Shown here: positions 11,332 to 24,510 of the stretch, piece after piece
Position numbering within the stretch: the first letter of the stretch is position 1
Layout of the letters: every line of letters starts with the position of its first letter
Origin: Eledone cirrhosa
Lineage: Eukaryota
Assembly (NCBI GenBank): GCA_964016885.1
Contig: OZ024740.1
Span: forward strand, 309,194,001 to 309,258,000
Length of the DNA stretch: 64,000 nucleotides
Direction: 5' to 3'
Notes under the pieces: model-generated
The model's database searches: none
What the model saw: the letters and a program-made list of their open reading frames with translations, nothing else
Told to the model about the DNA's origin: nothing
Made by a program: the position numbers and the translations under genes

Positions 11332-11859
11332 CATTTGGGACTTTCACACTTAAATTTCAAACACTCGGTGCTTCAATAAATAATTTGTAATGTTTGTTTC
11401 TAATGTCTTTTTCAGTAGACATATCATTATGAAAATTTACCGTGTTAGACTACACACTTTAAGTTTTTTTTAAGTGATGCAGTCATTGTACTGTTCTATA
11501 CTTAAAAAAAAAAAATGTCTTGTTAATGCGGTTTCTTGTGGTACAGGATGTTAAAAGTTAAATCCTGACAAGGTTAACTTTGCAATTTGTCTTTTCAGAA
11601 TCGACAAATATAATAATAGTCAAGAGTGGTAGACTGGCAGAATTGTTAAGCATCAGACAGGATGCCTTGCAATATCTATTCCAGCTCTTTGCACTCTAAA
11701 AGCAAATTCCACCTAGGTGGCAATGGCCAGGATTAATGACCTAACCCAGAAAACCCCTGTTCAAGCTACATCTGACCAGCATGGACAGATAGGTTAGCTT
11801 AGTTGCTGAGTCTTTCTACAACAGTGGATCAGAAATGGCTGGATCTGGGTAGATATAAT

Positions 11860-12060
11860 AATGAGTTTTGCTTTAGGTCTAATGTCAATAATTTGGTGGG
11901 TAGGGGAAAGTTGATTAAATAAACTCCAGTAATTAACTGGCACCTTATTCTATTGACCTTAGAAGGCTGAAAGCAATTTGAACTCAGAACATAAAAAGCC
12001 TTAACTATATGCTGCAAAGTATTTTATCTGATACTCTACCAATACTTCCAATCCACAGCC
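11860..12060 (-). mobile_element. SINE S1 copy (diverged)
   Basis: Reverse-complement tail, ATTTGAACTCAGAAC B box, CTCTACCAATACTTCCAATCC head. Confidence 0.65.
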
Positions 12061-12809
12061 TTCCTATTACGAAAAAAAATAAAAATAAAAACAACAATAA
12101 AGTGAAAGGAAACACAAGTATGTATAATTTAAATGGTTCAATAATTTTATCACATTGCAATAGTTACAATCCCAGCATACAAACTCGAATCAAATCACTT
12201 TCTAAAAAAATTTAACTCAGGAATATTCATGAAAGTATTGATAAGCATGGAATGTACTATTGAATGAATATATTATCAAGAGAAATGCATAACTCTAGTT
12301 TTAGAAATGTTTATGATGTACTATTAATTTGACCTTGACATCAACCACCTGTTGCTGGCTTAAGCCAGTATAAAGTTATACTGAGTACTTTCAGCAACTA
12401 GTTGAAATGATACTGTTAGTAAATTATCTTGCTTTAATATTTACAGTTTATATGATAAAGCTAGAGCTATCAAACTTTTTCACTAGTTAAATCTTTTAGT
12501 TTTTGTAGGTGAATCTTAGATAAATCTATTCATGGATAAGACATTAGTCTGTAATATACATCTATTCCCTCAGAAACATGATCAGAGAGACAAGTAAAGG
12601 CTTTTCATAGATATGAATTTATTAACCAAAAGCTGTTAATCCAATACCTTATCTATCTAGCCATTCAGTTCTAGTATTTGGTCATTTTGTTTTTGCTTTT
12701 TATAGATTTCAAATATCATCTGGAAAAAAGCATGCTAAATAAAATTATTTAGAAAATGTATTGATCTTCTATATAAAATCCTATATAATCTTTGAGCCAT
12801 ATTAACAAA

Positions 12810-12998
12810 TAATTGTTTCTACATTTGGCACAAGGCCAGAAATTACCCAGTACACTACTGGTACTTTATTTTATCGACCCTGTAAGGATGAAAGGTAAAG
12901 TTAATCTCGGCGGGATTTGAACTCAGATTGTAAAGGGACGTAACTATGCTGGAAAGCATGGCATCCGACTATCTACCTATACTGCCAATCCATTGCCA
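12810..12998 (-). mobile_element. SINE S1 copy (short subfamily)
   Basis: CTGGTACTTTATTTTATCGACCCTGTAAGGATGAAAGG...GGGATTTGAACTCAG...ACTGCCAATCC. Confidence 0.85.
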
Positions 12999-13340
12999 TA
13001 TTAACAAATAATGTTATTTCTTTGGAAAAAAACTATTTTTTTAGAGGAGGAGTAGAGATAATAGAATGAACCACATTACATTGAACCCATGCTAGCATGG
13101 AAAACGGACGTTAAACGAAGATGATGATGATGATGATGATGACACTTATATTGTCCATCTAAAAAAGATGAAAGTTAAAGTTAGCTGCAGCAGAATTTGA
13201 ACTCAGAACAAACAGAAAACAGAACCAAATATTGTAAGCGTTTTGTCTTGTGTTTTACTGTCTCTATCATTCCAGATTATTTCTAATTAAATCATTGTGT
13301 AAAATACACTATCATTGCCAACATCATATATATATATATA

Positions 13341-15886
13341 TCATCATCATCATCATCGTTTAATGTCCATATTCCACGCTTGCATGGGTTTAGACGGGAG
13401 TTTTCCCACTTGAGGCAAGAGTGGTTGTCTTGCTCGCATAGGACTGTCTGGTGGGTTTTCTACAGCTGGATGCCCTTCTTAACACCAACCACATTTACAG
13501 TGTGGAACTGGGAGGTTTTTACCGTGTTACCTACATGGCCACATTACAGCGTGGACTGTGTGTTTTTTTTGTCGTGACACCTACACAACCTCATTTGTTT
13601 CGGCCTGGATGTTGTGGCACCAACATAACTTTACATTGAAAGGGGCGGTGCGGATGGGGTGGGGGTGGTGGGACAGGGGTGTATTTTGTTAGAGGTGCCT
13701 ACTGACTGTAGTAGGTTTTACTTTGTATTTAGGTAAGGCAGGTCTTCTCTATTACTGAGTACTGCCAAAGATCTCGGTCCAGTGACATTGTCTGGAGAGG
13801 TGTAAGTGTGTGAGGTCGGAATTTATCAAGTCGTCCCAGGTTTTTCTGGGTCTGCCTACTCCGTGGCTACCGTCTATTTTTATTGCCCTGCACTTTTTTA
13901 TACAGCTGTCGTCTTTCATGTGCATCACGGACCATACCAACGAAGCCTTCTCTCGAGTAAACAACATCTGATCCCTCTTATTTCTAATTTTTCCCTTAGT
14001 TTGTTTATGCTTTGCCGTTCACGTATATTACTATTACACATCCAGCGGAGCATGCAAGCTTCGTTCCTCTCTAGTCTGCGTATATCCTCTGCACACAATG
14101 CCCAGGTCTCACTGCCATGCACCATTGCTTTTCGTATGCAGGCATCATACAGCCTGCCTTTCATTTTTAGGGAGAACCCTTTAGCGGCTAATAGTGGTAT
14201 AAGCTCTCTGAACTTTTTCCATCCAGTTCTGACTCTAGCTACTGTACTTTCAGAGCACCCTCCCCCACTGCTGATTTTGTCACCCAGGTAACGGAAGCTG
14301 TCCACTATTTCTATAGAACCCTCTGCGCAATTGAAAGAGCTAGTATTTTGTGGGCACTTGCTGCTACTTATTGCACCAGAGCACCGGCCACATGTAAAAT
14401 CTATGTTCTTAGTTAGCTTACTTGTGATCCCGCTACATCTTTTATGCACCCATACTTTGCATTTAGGACATAAAATGGAGTTGTTACCTACGCCTTTCCT
14501 ACACACTGAGCATGGCCATTTCCCGGAAGGGACCGGCGCCCTATTTTCTTTCCTACAAACTAGAACTTTAGTCTTAGCCAGGTTACTTTTAAGGCCTTTT
14601 GATTCTAGGCCGTGCTTCCATGTTTGGAATTTCTTCTCTAGCTCGGCCATTGATTCAGCTATGAGTGTTAGATCATCTGCATATAGGAGTTCCCATGGGC
14701 AGCCGGTCTTGAACTCCACTGTTATAGCCTGAAGGGCAATAATAAATAGGAGGGGGCTAAGAACGTAGCCCTGATGAACACCAACTTTTACGCTAAACTC
14801 TTCACTATATTCATTGTTAATTCTAACCTTGCTGACTGTTTCTTTATACATGGCTTCTATAGCTCTCACAAGCCATTCATCAACACCTAGTTTTTTAAGA
14901 GCCCACCAGATAATGGAATGGGGGACTCTGTCGAAGGCTTTCACCAAGTCGACAAAAGCTAAGTATAGGGGTTTACTTTTAGCTAGGTACTTCTCCTGTA
15001 GTTGTCGTACAATGAAAAGAGCGTCTGTGGTACTTTTGCCTGACACAAACCCGAACTGCATTTCATCTAGATCAATTCTCTCTCTGATTAGTTGCGCTAT
15101 TATTTTTTCCGTGACCTTCATGACCTGGTCGATTAATTTAATGCCTCTATAGTTACTCCTATCTAGGGCATCTCCTTTACCCTTGTAACAGTTAATGATG
15201 ATGCTGCTACGCCAGTCCTTCGGAACAACCCCATTCTGTATGACTTGGTTTACTATCCGGGTGACCATGGTGTGTCCCACCGTTCCAGAGGCTTTCAGCA
15301 TCTCAGCAACTATTTCCGAAGGCCCAGCCGCCTTACCCGTCTTCATATCTTTGATTGCCTTACTTATTATACTACCTTCGACTAACACTGCTGGTCCCTC
15401 TATTGGGTCGATGTGGGGGAGACTGTCTTTCTCCCATTTATTCCTCTCATTTAGTAGCCTTTCGTAGTGACACTTCCAAGCTACCTTCTTATCAGCGTCA
15501 GTGATGGCAAGTACACCATCATCATTAAGTACACACTTCTCCCCGACAATATCACGGTTTTCCTTGACACATTGCCTAGCAATCCTGAACACCTCACGTT
15601 TTTGGTCCTCGCATTGTAGAACATGCTTGAACTTTCTTTCCTCTGCTTCCCTTCTTGCGAAGTACACTTGTCTCCTAGCTTCCCTCCTGGCCACTTGATA
15701 GTCTTCTCTACTTCCCCCATCCCGCCATATTTTCCAAGCCTGCTTTTTGGCCTTAATTGACTCCTCCCCCTTACTGTTCCACCACCATGTTACTCTCCTC
15801 CTGCCTATAGGCCTGCTCCAGCCACAGACTTTGTCTGCCGCCATCAACAGGTTTGCTTTCAGGAATTCCCACTGTTCCTCTATATT
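13341..15886 (-). mobile_element. RTE-clade non-LTR retrotransposon, 5'-truncated (3' UTR variant A)
   Basis: RT ORF, ~370-bp 3' UTR, (GAT)n tail at 13341-13357, (TA)n tracts on both sides. Confidence 0.95.
13729..15886 (-). pseudogene. RTE reverse transcriptase ORF (no endonuclease, two 1-nt frameshifts near C-terminus) with embedded PHD-type finger
   Basis: ORF 13925-15994: KGKGD-NYRGIKL, QFGF, FVDLVKAFDRV, GVHQG-LSPLLF, YADD, FRYLG, HGSETW, RRLRWYG; continues GRPRKTW in another frame; the first ~36 aa are translated microsatellite/flank. Confidence 0.92.
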
Positions 15887-16165
15887 GTACATATATATAT
15901 ATTGTACATATATATATATTGTACGTATATATATATATAGTGTAAATAGTACAATGAAATACTGGTGTTGGTATACACAATAAATATTTTTCATAAGTGA
16001 ATGAAACTTCCTCGTTTTTCTATTATATATATATTGATATGAGGATTTGTATTTATTACATGTTTTAAAAAAGAAAGAATAATGTTTTGTACAAAAGATG
16101 TATAAATATATATTTAGAGCGAGAGAAAGGAAAGAGAGATTGGAACATGTGTGTTTGTATATATA

Positions 16166-16392
16166 TCATTATCATCATCATGACCGTTTTACGTCCATTC
16201 TTCCACGCTAGCATGGGTTAGACGGGTTGTCGTGTTGTGGGCAGTGTCCGGTCGGCTGACCTTGTGTTGCTCATACGGGAACTGATTCTGGCTTGATTTC
16301 TATAGCTGGATGCCCTTCCTAACACCAACCTCAATTACAGTGAGTGCTGGGTGCTTTTTTGCTGTGGCACCTCCACAACCACTTTGCAGTGG
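16166..16392 (-). mobile_element. RTE 3' UTR fragment (variant B)
   Basis: CCGTTTTACGTCC...CCACGCTAGCATGGG...GCTGGATGCCCTTCCTAACACCAACC; matches 50876-51150. Confidence 0.85.
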
Positions 16393-16424
16393 AATGATAG
16401 GGACCCCAATCCTATCATCTCATT

Positions 16425-16545
16425 TCTACAGCTGAGTAAACTGGAGCAATGTGAAATAAAGTGTCTTGCTCAAGGAAACAACACATCACTCAGTCCGAGA
16501 ATTGAACTCACAACCTTTCAATTGCAAGCCCAATGCTCTAACCAT
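16425..16545 (-). mobile_element. tRNA-derived SINE head (family S4)
   Basis: CTGGAGCAATGTGAAATAAAGTGTCTTGCTCAAGGA...ATTGAACTC...CTAACCA; matches 27290-27400. Confidence 0.7.
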
Positions 16546-16987
16546 ATATATATCCGCCTGTAACTCTTTAAAGTTTATACACACAATCATAAACACTATG
16601 CATTTCCTATCTCAGTCATGTTGCTACAATAAGAAGTTCACTTTTCCAATAAAAAGTGTAGTTTTTTTTTTTTGTTTGTTTTCTTAAAAAAAATCCTCCT
16701 GCATTGTGAAAGGTGACCTATAAGTTCAGAATCACGTACTCAGAATAAGAAATTAAGTTGGTGAATTCTTGGAATTTTTATACTATTAAATGTTCAACAG
16801 TTAAGTTTTTGCCAAAATAAAATGCTATCCATTACATAAAAATTCTTTCAGATGTCAGCTCATTTCAAATCATTAAAGGTGTATAGTAAGCTTGCACAAC
16901 TTGTACACTATTATACTAATGAGGAACATGTTATATTGCCATTTAAACATAGCATAAATTATATAAACAAAGTTTTATAAAGATATA

Positions 16988-17138
16988 GATGTGGTAAAGA
17001 AGTTTGTTTTGAACCTATTATGTAACATCTCAGCCAAGTGACTTCTGCTAGAGCTTTGGGTTGATTTATGAGTAGAATTTGGTAGATGGAAACTGTCTGG
17101 AATCCCACCGCACGCACGCACGCACGCACGCACGCGCG
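16988..17138 (+). mobile_element. SINE S2 fragment ending in (GCAC)n
   Basis: GTGGTAAAGAAGTTTG...GAATTTGGTAGATGGAAACTG. Confidence 0.55.
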
Positions 17139-17139
17139 T

Positions 17140-17732
17140 GACATCCATTCTCCCCGATAGCATGGGTTGGACAGGTGTTACCGTCAATACTTAATAGGAG
17201 CTACTGACTGCCTAGATAAGCAGGGGGCTGCACCTCATATACATATGTTCCTGAACTCTCTCTCTACAGAGTAAATGAATTACATTTTCATGGCATCAAT
17301 ACTAGAGAGATTGCCATGTCATGACGAAGAGTCCTTTCAACCCTTTGGCTTGGTTTTTACAGTTAGAAGCCCTTCCTAACACCAACCACTTTACAGAGTG
17401 TACTGGGTGTATTATATTGTGGCACTAGCTAGTGTTGGGTTGAAGTTGGGTGTACTGTGATAGTAATGATAGTTATTATGGTGTGATGTTGGAGAGATGA
17501 GACGGGCCAGGTCACATTTTTATGCCAACTGGCAAGTCTTCTCCATGTCAGCATGTCACTAACCCTTGTGGTCTTTTGTCATTCTAGCTTACACAGATCT
17601 TCTGAAGTCAAGACCCATGTCTCTGTCATGTAGCAAAGAAGTCCACATGCAGGCATCATACAGTTTACCCTTCACTCTGAGAGAGAAGCCTTTTGTTGTT
17701 AGCAGTGGAAACAGCTCCCTAAACTTCTTCCG
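17140..17732 (-). mobile_element. Old RTE 3' portion with internal deletions
   Basis: 17645-17732 encodes KKFRELFPLLTTKGFSLRVKGKLYDACM; UTR motif CCTTCCTAACACCAACCACTTTACAGAGTG. Confidence 0.8.
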
Positions 17733-18007
17733 GCTCATTCACACTGACACTGTTTGGACAGGCAGTGACATTTGTTAATGTCCTGCATAAACAATATGTC
17801 CTGCTGGCTTGTGATTTGATGCGTGAAATCCTGTGGAATAAAGTGTTTTACTTAACAAGTAAGGGTTGATATCAAAAACGACATCTAGCCATAGAAAACT
17901 AGCCTTAAAAGATCTCCAACCCATGCTAGCAAGTAAAACAAAAGTGGCTGTAACAACAATAATGATACTGATGACGATGATGATGAAGAATGTTCATATT
18001 TACTGGT

Positions 18008-18230
18008 AGGGTGGTGGATTGACTGATTTGGTAGAGTGTAAGTTTAAATGCTATTGTGTTATTTGTTCTGGCTTTTTACATTCTGAGTTCAAATTCCACC
18101 AAGGTGAATTTTGCCTTTCATTCTTTCAGGTTCAATGAAATAAAGTACCAGTCAAGTACTGGAATTGGTTTAATCAACTTTTCTCTTCCCCAAAATTTGC
18201 TGGTCTTGTGCCTAAATTAGAAGTCATTAT
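18008..18230 (+). mobile_element. SINE S1 copy
   Basis: TTCTGAGTTCAAATTCC...GCCTTTCATTCTTTC...AAAGTACCAG...CTTGTGCCTAAATTAGAA. Confidence 0.8.
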
Positions 18231-18256
18231 TTACTGCATTATAATAGCCACAAAAC

Positions 18257-18535
18257 CATGTTTCAATTCCCATAGTATACCACTGACCAACAATTATCCA
18301 AAATATGAATTCACTAATGTTAAAACACCTAGTTTCTTCCCTCACACATCTTGTTTGTGGAATTCTCTTCCGGTCTTTTGCTTTCCTGACACCTACAATT
18401 TGCAAAAATTCAAAAGTAACACCAACCGTCATGTCTCTTCTTGAATTATATCCTCTTTGTCTTGTGCTTCTCAGTAATCCCTTGCATTTTAGTGTCATTA
18501 TTGACTTGCTTGTGGTGGACAAAGAAAAAAAAGAA
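18257..18535 (+). mobile_element. CR1/L2/Jockey-type LINE 3' end
   Basis: SFFPHTSCLWNSLPVFCFPDTYNLQKFKSNTNRH* matches the SFFPRT..LWNSLP C-terminal motif; short UTR and A-rich tail. Confidence 0.75.
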
Positions 18536-19286
18536 GCTACAGTTGCTATGGATGAATTTAATAATAAATAATTCAAGTTATTTCAAATTGATATGATTGA
18601 AGAAAGAAATGAAGAGAAAGCAGGCATTAGAAGAATTAGCCATTGTATGCCATTGTACAGGAAATTGCAAATAATGCATTTGGATAACATTTGACAAACC
18701 AAAAAAATAGTGTGTGCTAACTGTGGAGATACCTAAGGAAGTAAAAGATGAATAAAGATGGGAGACAAATCTGAGGATATTGAGTTCTACAGATAAACTG
18801 AAACAAGGTCATTCAGAAAGGTGGTATGTTAAACATCAGGCCCATCCAACAAAAATGCCAACATAAGGAAAGATATTTTAAAACAATGATAATAATGAAG
18901 TTGGGGAAATGCATTATTTTCAAAATTCTATATAAAAGAAGCTTTAGCTTTCTTGCCTCAGTACCAAGTGAGTAAAATTCATTGTTGTTGGATTAATACA
19001 TCATGAAATGCTATATTATTTGGTGTTCTCGTATGCTTACTGAGGTAGCTGTGATATGATCACGATTTAGAATACTCACAGCAAGACATATGTATATTTA
19101 TTATGTATAAACATTGTGTATACATCTAAGTATGCATATGTTCAGAATCTGTGCTGCTGCTAAATAATCTCTCTCACTCTCTTTTTTTTTTTTTAAAGAT
19201 GTATGATGCAGTTAAATTATTAAGATAAAAGAACATTTGCTTCTATCATCTGGCTATACCATGTTATTGCAGATATGAATACAATA

Positions 19287-19598
19287 CAGGGGAACCTCAA
19301 TTCACGAATGCCTCTCATCACAAACAAATCGGTTCAAAAACAATTTTTCCAAACAAAATGTCTCGGTTCATGAACCATGTCTAGAGTACCGAACACACAA
19401 GCCGGCAACAATGGTTGGAGTATCAGCAGGAAATCATCACTTGCTGTGTAGTTAGTTACTATGGTGATATCAATCTGTCTCTCTCACTGTATTTCTCTCT
19501 CAACATTCCATATGGGAAAAATATTTTTGGTTTACAAACATTTCAGGTGATGAATGGTCTTCAGGAACGAATTAAGTTTGTGAATTGAGGTTCCACTC
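19287..19598. mobile_element. Tc1/mariner (Tigger/pogo-like) MITE
   Basis: 22-bp TIRs CAGGGGAACCTCAATTCACGAA / TTTGTGAATTGAGGTTCCACTC, TA on both sides. Confidence 0.85.
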
Positions 19599-20539
19599 TA
19601 TATGGGAAATTATTATAAAGTCATAATTTTCTGGGAATTTGAAAACAAAATTTTTATTATTATTAATATCTATTAATTATAAATAATTATTTTCTGCTGA
19701 AGTTGACCTAAAATCATAAATATTCCTTCATCAGCACTGATAAAGAGATTATGCCTGTCTGAGTAGTATAGTAATATAGTGTTATCGTTAGCAAGTAATA
19801 TAATGTTATTGGTGCATCAATAATATGTTTCATGGGAAGAACATGACCATCATAATCTATACATTTTGTTTTCCTTTGAAAGCAACTATAGGGCTTATCA
19901 CTGCTTGAAAATTCTAATGGTTATGAAATCACCATGCACGAAAAACAAGTGTTTGATGTTTGGATAATATTTTTCTTACATGAGAAATCAGTTTATTACT
20001 TTAACTAAGAGTATATTAAATTTTTATATATATAAAAAAAAAAATAATGGATTTCCTTAAAAATTCAATTTTTGTTTGTCTGGAAATATTGAATGTACTC
20101 AATAATAATTAGATAGTAATGAAAATGTCATTGATTGAGAAGACATTATGACTGAAGGCATTCCAATTATCACCATCCCCTCTTTTCATTGACTACATTA
20201 TTCAATGTATTCTTCACTTTTAAGACATTAGGCTATGATTTGAGTTTGCTATTTCTAGCAAGCTAAACAACCATGTAGAGCAGAGGTCCCCAACCTTTTT
20301 GTATAAAAGGGCCACATTAACATTCCAAATTTAGGTGAGGGCTGCATATTAGAACTAGTCATACTATCAAAGACATTTCACATTTTTATGATGACAAACT
20401 TGCATTTAAAATTGCCACGTTTTCAATCTAAACTCATTAGATATGTGGTTTATTTTGTTGAGAAAATCTTTTGAAGTCTGCCACGTTATGTTGAAGGACA
20501 TAGAGAAACACATACACACGTTTTTTTTGTCTTTTTTTT

Positions 20540-20653
20540 AAAGTTACGTTGCCTATATGCTGAATTTTTTTCCACACTCACACACTAAGTGTGACGGACA
20601 AACAGAGAGACCAAGAGAGAGACGGGGAAACAAGTTTCCTTTTATAATATAGA
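20540..20653 (-). mobile_element. Helitron-like 5' fragment nested in hAT MITE
   Basis: Minus strand starts A|TCTATATTATAAAAG...CTGTTTGTCCGTCAC, like 62794 (+). Confidence 0.45.
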
Positions 20654-20693
20654 TTACTACTACTACTACTATTACTACTATTACTATTACTAT

Positions 20694-20728
<35 letters not shown>

Positions 20729-20745
20729 TTACTACTACTACTACT
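20654..20745. repeat. (TAC/TAT)n microsatellite
   Basis: Directly visible. Confidence 0.95.
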
Positions 20746-21575
20746 TTGCAAAGTAGTTTGAATTTATATAAAAATTGGTGTAAATATTTGAAATGTAGCA
20801 AAAAATCCTGTCATGCAATTGCTGGCTACATGCTATTTGCTGGATAACAGCATGATTCTTATCTTGTTCTGAGGGCTGCACTGAACATCCATAAGGGCTG
20901 CATGTTGGAGATCCTTGTTGTAGAGGATGTTTTTTGGGCTCAACTTAATTACATAAATGATGGTGGTGTAGTAGATCATCTAATGCTTTCCTGTATTTAG
21001 TTCAGTTCCTCTATATTCTGGGTTTAAATCTTGATGGGATTAACTTTTATCCTTTTTATCTTTTTGAGATAAATAAAATACACACCAGTCATATACTACA
21101 TTCATTAATTCAAATCTATCACTCTCTCTTTCTCCTACAGATTTGCCAACTTATGTCAATGTTAAAAATTAGTTGTGAATATAGATCTATAGTAGTTTTG
21201 CAGAGGCAGAAATTTATAAAAGAAGAAAAATGAGAATATGTAATATTCATGCCTTTCTCGAAAATATAGCACAAGTGAGGTGAAATCGCTCTAATCAAAA
21301 TTGAAAAGCAAGTTGCAGAAACTTACCTTTTATTTGGTAGAAATTGAATGAATTAATACACAATGGGAAGCTTGTTAGAAATAGATTCCATATTGTCTAA
21401 CTGGATTTTACAGGATATAAATGAAAGAAAAACATTTCTTAGCTTTAATCTTTTATGGTGTATTATTTACACAGAAAACAAAATCTATTTTTCAGTCCTC
21501 CTTTTTTATGTTCACTTAATTCCTTGTTTATTTATTTGAATCTAAGTGTATTATTTTTATTTTTTTATTTTTTTA

Positions 21576-21613
<38 letters not shown>

Positions 21614-21860
21614 TGCATGATAGAATGTTATCTAAGTTTTAGTTTTATAACTGTGAATGGGAACTAAAACCACACCTACTTGTTATTCATGACATTCATG
21701 TTTCCTTATAAAGGTTGAAATAAAGGGACTATTCACCAGAGTACATTGTTACACAAACATCTATATACAGGCTCTGATTGTAAAATATCTTTGGAACAGA
21801 AGTCTGTTTCCACCCTCTCCCATTAGGATGCCTATTGGTAGATTAAAGAATTCATTTAGG

Positions 21861-22180
21861 ATCATCATCATCATTATCATTTTATGACTACTTTTCCATG
21901 CTTACAGGGTTGGACAGGTTTTTTTCCAACACAGCATCTCTCGACTTGTGGTCCTTCGTCATCTCTTCAATGAGCTTCAGTGATTTGAGATCAGCTCTCA
22001 CAACATCTGTTCAAGTCTTCTTTGATTTCCTACTACTGCAGCTTTCTTTCACTGGGATTTCTTGGCACTTTTTCACCCAACAATTATCATCCATATACAT
22101 CATTTGTTCAAACCAGTGCAGTCTTCTCTCCTGCAAACTGATTCCTCTTATACCCAGCTTTTCTTTCAGTGATGGGACTT
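21861..22180 (-). mobile_element. Old RTE 3' end
   Basis: LKEKLGIRGISLQERRLHWFEQMMYMDDNCWVKKC; (GAT)n tail at 21861-21880. Confidence 0.8.
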
Positions 22181-22974
22181 CCAAGGTTAACCCATTCTTT
22201 ACTAGAGAAAATGGCCTCAAACCTCTTGCTGTATTCATGTGTTAGATACATATGGATTTCAACGTGTCTTATACATGAAAAATTAGTTATAATTTAATTC
22301 AGTTCAATAACTGACCAGATTACATGTTGGTTATAATATTTCCAATTCTAAAAAGGAAAATCGTAGCTTTAGTGAATAAAAAGATTACAGATGTGTTATA
22401 TGACCATTAACAGCATTTGATCTGTCAGAACTTGTAAATATTACAAAGTGTTCAGGCTATTCCTAATTCTATCTACTTATATTTCACCTGTTAAAAGAAC
22501 TAAACTGTTGAAGACAAGGACATTTTAAAATCTTCTTGCATTTCAAGCTTTTAAAATAGTCATTTTTCACATGTTATTTTGTTTATTCATTTTAATTTTT
22601 TTTTAGTTTTCTTTAAATCCATGAATATTTTATTTATTTTATCATTTGATTATATAGTTTCACATTTGATCATAACTGCTTTAGCAGCCTTTTGTTCTGC
22701 GTAAGTTGCTATGCATAAATAGTTGAGTTTCAAGTATTCGACTTGAATTGCAAATGAGTAAGACTTAACTAATACCTCTTAAATGTTTAACTGAGAGAAT
22801 ATTAAAATTTTATTTTTATGTTTATGGCAAAGTAACTTGAATAAGTTAAAAAATAGGAGAAATATGCATTTGCATTAATTTTAATTGCTGTCACAAAAAT
22901 TTAAGAAATTGAGCATATAATTGTAATATATTCTAAGTGAAATAGTAAACTCTGAGGAGTAAAAAAAGATAACT

Positions 22975-23225
22975 CCCAAAGCCTTCAAATTGGTTTTGAT
23001 ACTTGGTGAAAAATCAATTGTTTTTGTCTCCATCCTTTACATTCAGGATATTTCTATCGCAAGATTTGGATAGTTTATCCATTTCCTAGGTTGATACATA
23101 AATTAGAAGACATTTTCTTTCTTTGTAGTCTTTGACTATAATATCTGGTCAGTTGGCTTTGATTTTCCTGTCTGTATATATTGACATATCCCAGAGAATG
23201 GTTGCTTTGTCATTCTCTGCTACCT
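22975..23225 (-). mobile_element. R4/Dong-like retrotransposon, restriction-like endonuclease fragment
   Basis: VAENDKATILWDMSIYTDRKIKAN*PDIIVKDYKERKCLLI (RLE PD motif). Confidence 0.75.
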
Positions 23226-23249
23226 TTATTATTATTATTGTTGTGTTAT

Positions 23250-23612
23250 TTCGTATAGATTAGTTGTTTCTCTATTACCGGGTTCAGGTCTTGAACCTAG
23301 GGCAAAAGAGGTTTTCATTGTAGAGAGAGAACTCATCTGAGAATGTAGCCCAATCTTTTGTAGCTCATATTTGCTGATCTTGCAGGGAAGGATGCTATGG
23401 TGCAGGTCTGAGGATTTGGGTATTAACCCTTATGGTCCTATTACCACAGGGATAGTGTTTGTGATCATCCTCCACATGTGGCTGATCTCTATTTCCAGGT
23501 GTTTGTATTTTGACAGTTTTCCATTATTTTTACAGATGTATTCTTGTCAGCTGGTACGGAAATATCTATAATGCTACATGTCTGATCTGTTTTATTTTTT
23601 ATGATGATTATT
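23250..23612 (-). mobile_element. Second R4/Dong-like 3' end
   Basis: CSIIDISVPADKNTSVK...KLSKYKHLEIEISHMWRMITNTIPVVIGP*GLIP. Confidence 0.75.
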
Positions 23613-23878
23613 AAACAATAAAAATTTGAAGTGAGATTGTGACAGGCATGGCTAGTTTTAAACATAATATTATCAAAGAAAGTGAAGCGAAATGATTACA
23701 ACTGAAAAGCTAAGTAGGATTTTAAACTCAGCTCCCTTGAATATAATTCTACTCTATGGTTATATTTCTTTTGGTTTTATACATACCAGGCTTCAACTCT
23801 ATAGAGAAGATCAAATGAGATGTGATGCCCATACTTTTTATAGAATCACAAATATTGTGAAATAGCTTCAAACAAGAA

Positions 23879-24097
23879 TTAACCCTTTCATGACTACATT
23901 TCTAATGAAACACATTCTATTTCAATTAATTAATGAAGAATCTTGAGTGATTTACTAAGATTATTAATTATTTCGTTACTAAGAATGTAACTTAATGAAA
24001 TTATGTTGGAAGATTTTAATTGGAACCCTTTCAAATGGGTAGTTTTATTTCATAGAACCAGAGCCGGTTTTAGCCAGGTTGGTAACAGAAGGGTTAA
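23879..24097. mobile_element. piggyBac-type MITE family P2
   Basis: TTAA-CCCTTTC...GAAGGG-TTAA; relatives at ~26205-26390, 30057-30294, 45719-45930, 48110-48300. Confidence 0.7.
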
Positions 24098-24139
24098 TAT
24101 GGATAACAGATTTGCTTTACTAGAAACCTATCATTATTT

Positions 24140-24243
24140 TGTCGAGGTTAACTTTGCCTTTCATCCTTATGGGGTCGATAAAATAAAGTACCAGTAATGT
24201 ACTGGATAATTGCTGGCCTTGTGCCAAAAGTAGAAACAATTAT
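24140..24243 (+). mobile_element. SINE S1 copy, 5'-truncated
   Basis: GAGGTTAACTTTGCCTTTCATCCTTATGGGGTCGATAAAATAAAGTACCAG. Confidence 0.85.
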
Positions 24244-24510
24244 TTTGTGGAATTTATTTATTTATTTATATCATGCATTTGAGACTGTTGATTATAAGTT
24301 TCCAAAGAAGATAATCATTGGTTCACTGTATTTCCTATGGCAAGAGTGACAAAAAATGTTTGCAACTCAAATGAATAAATGTACATGATTATAATGTAGA
24401 AAGTGATATATATAAAAAGGCTAAGACAATGTGAAATGGATAGTAAAATGAAGGTAATGAAAAAGTTAGTTACCTGATGTTTATTATTATCATCTTTCAT
24501 TTTTCTTTTG

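Larger units (their letters stand above)
20281..20917. mobile_element. hAT (Charlie-like) non-autonomous element inserted in an S3 SINE
   Basis: TIRs CAGAGGTCCCCAAC / GTTGGAGATCCTTG; 8-bp TSD ATGTAGAG / TTGTAGAG. Confidence 0.8.

Noticed and set aside
13806-15983. Plus-strand ORFs overlapping the RTE ORF
   Set aside because: Antisense shadows of the RT coding strand with no independent motifs.
19690-19740. Minus-strand CTGATGAAGGAATA hammerhead start
   Set aside because: Second half of the core is absent.
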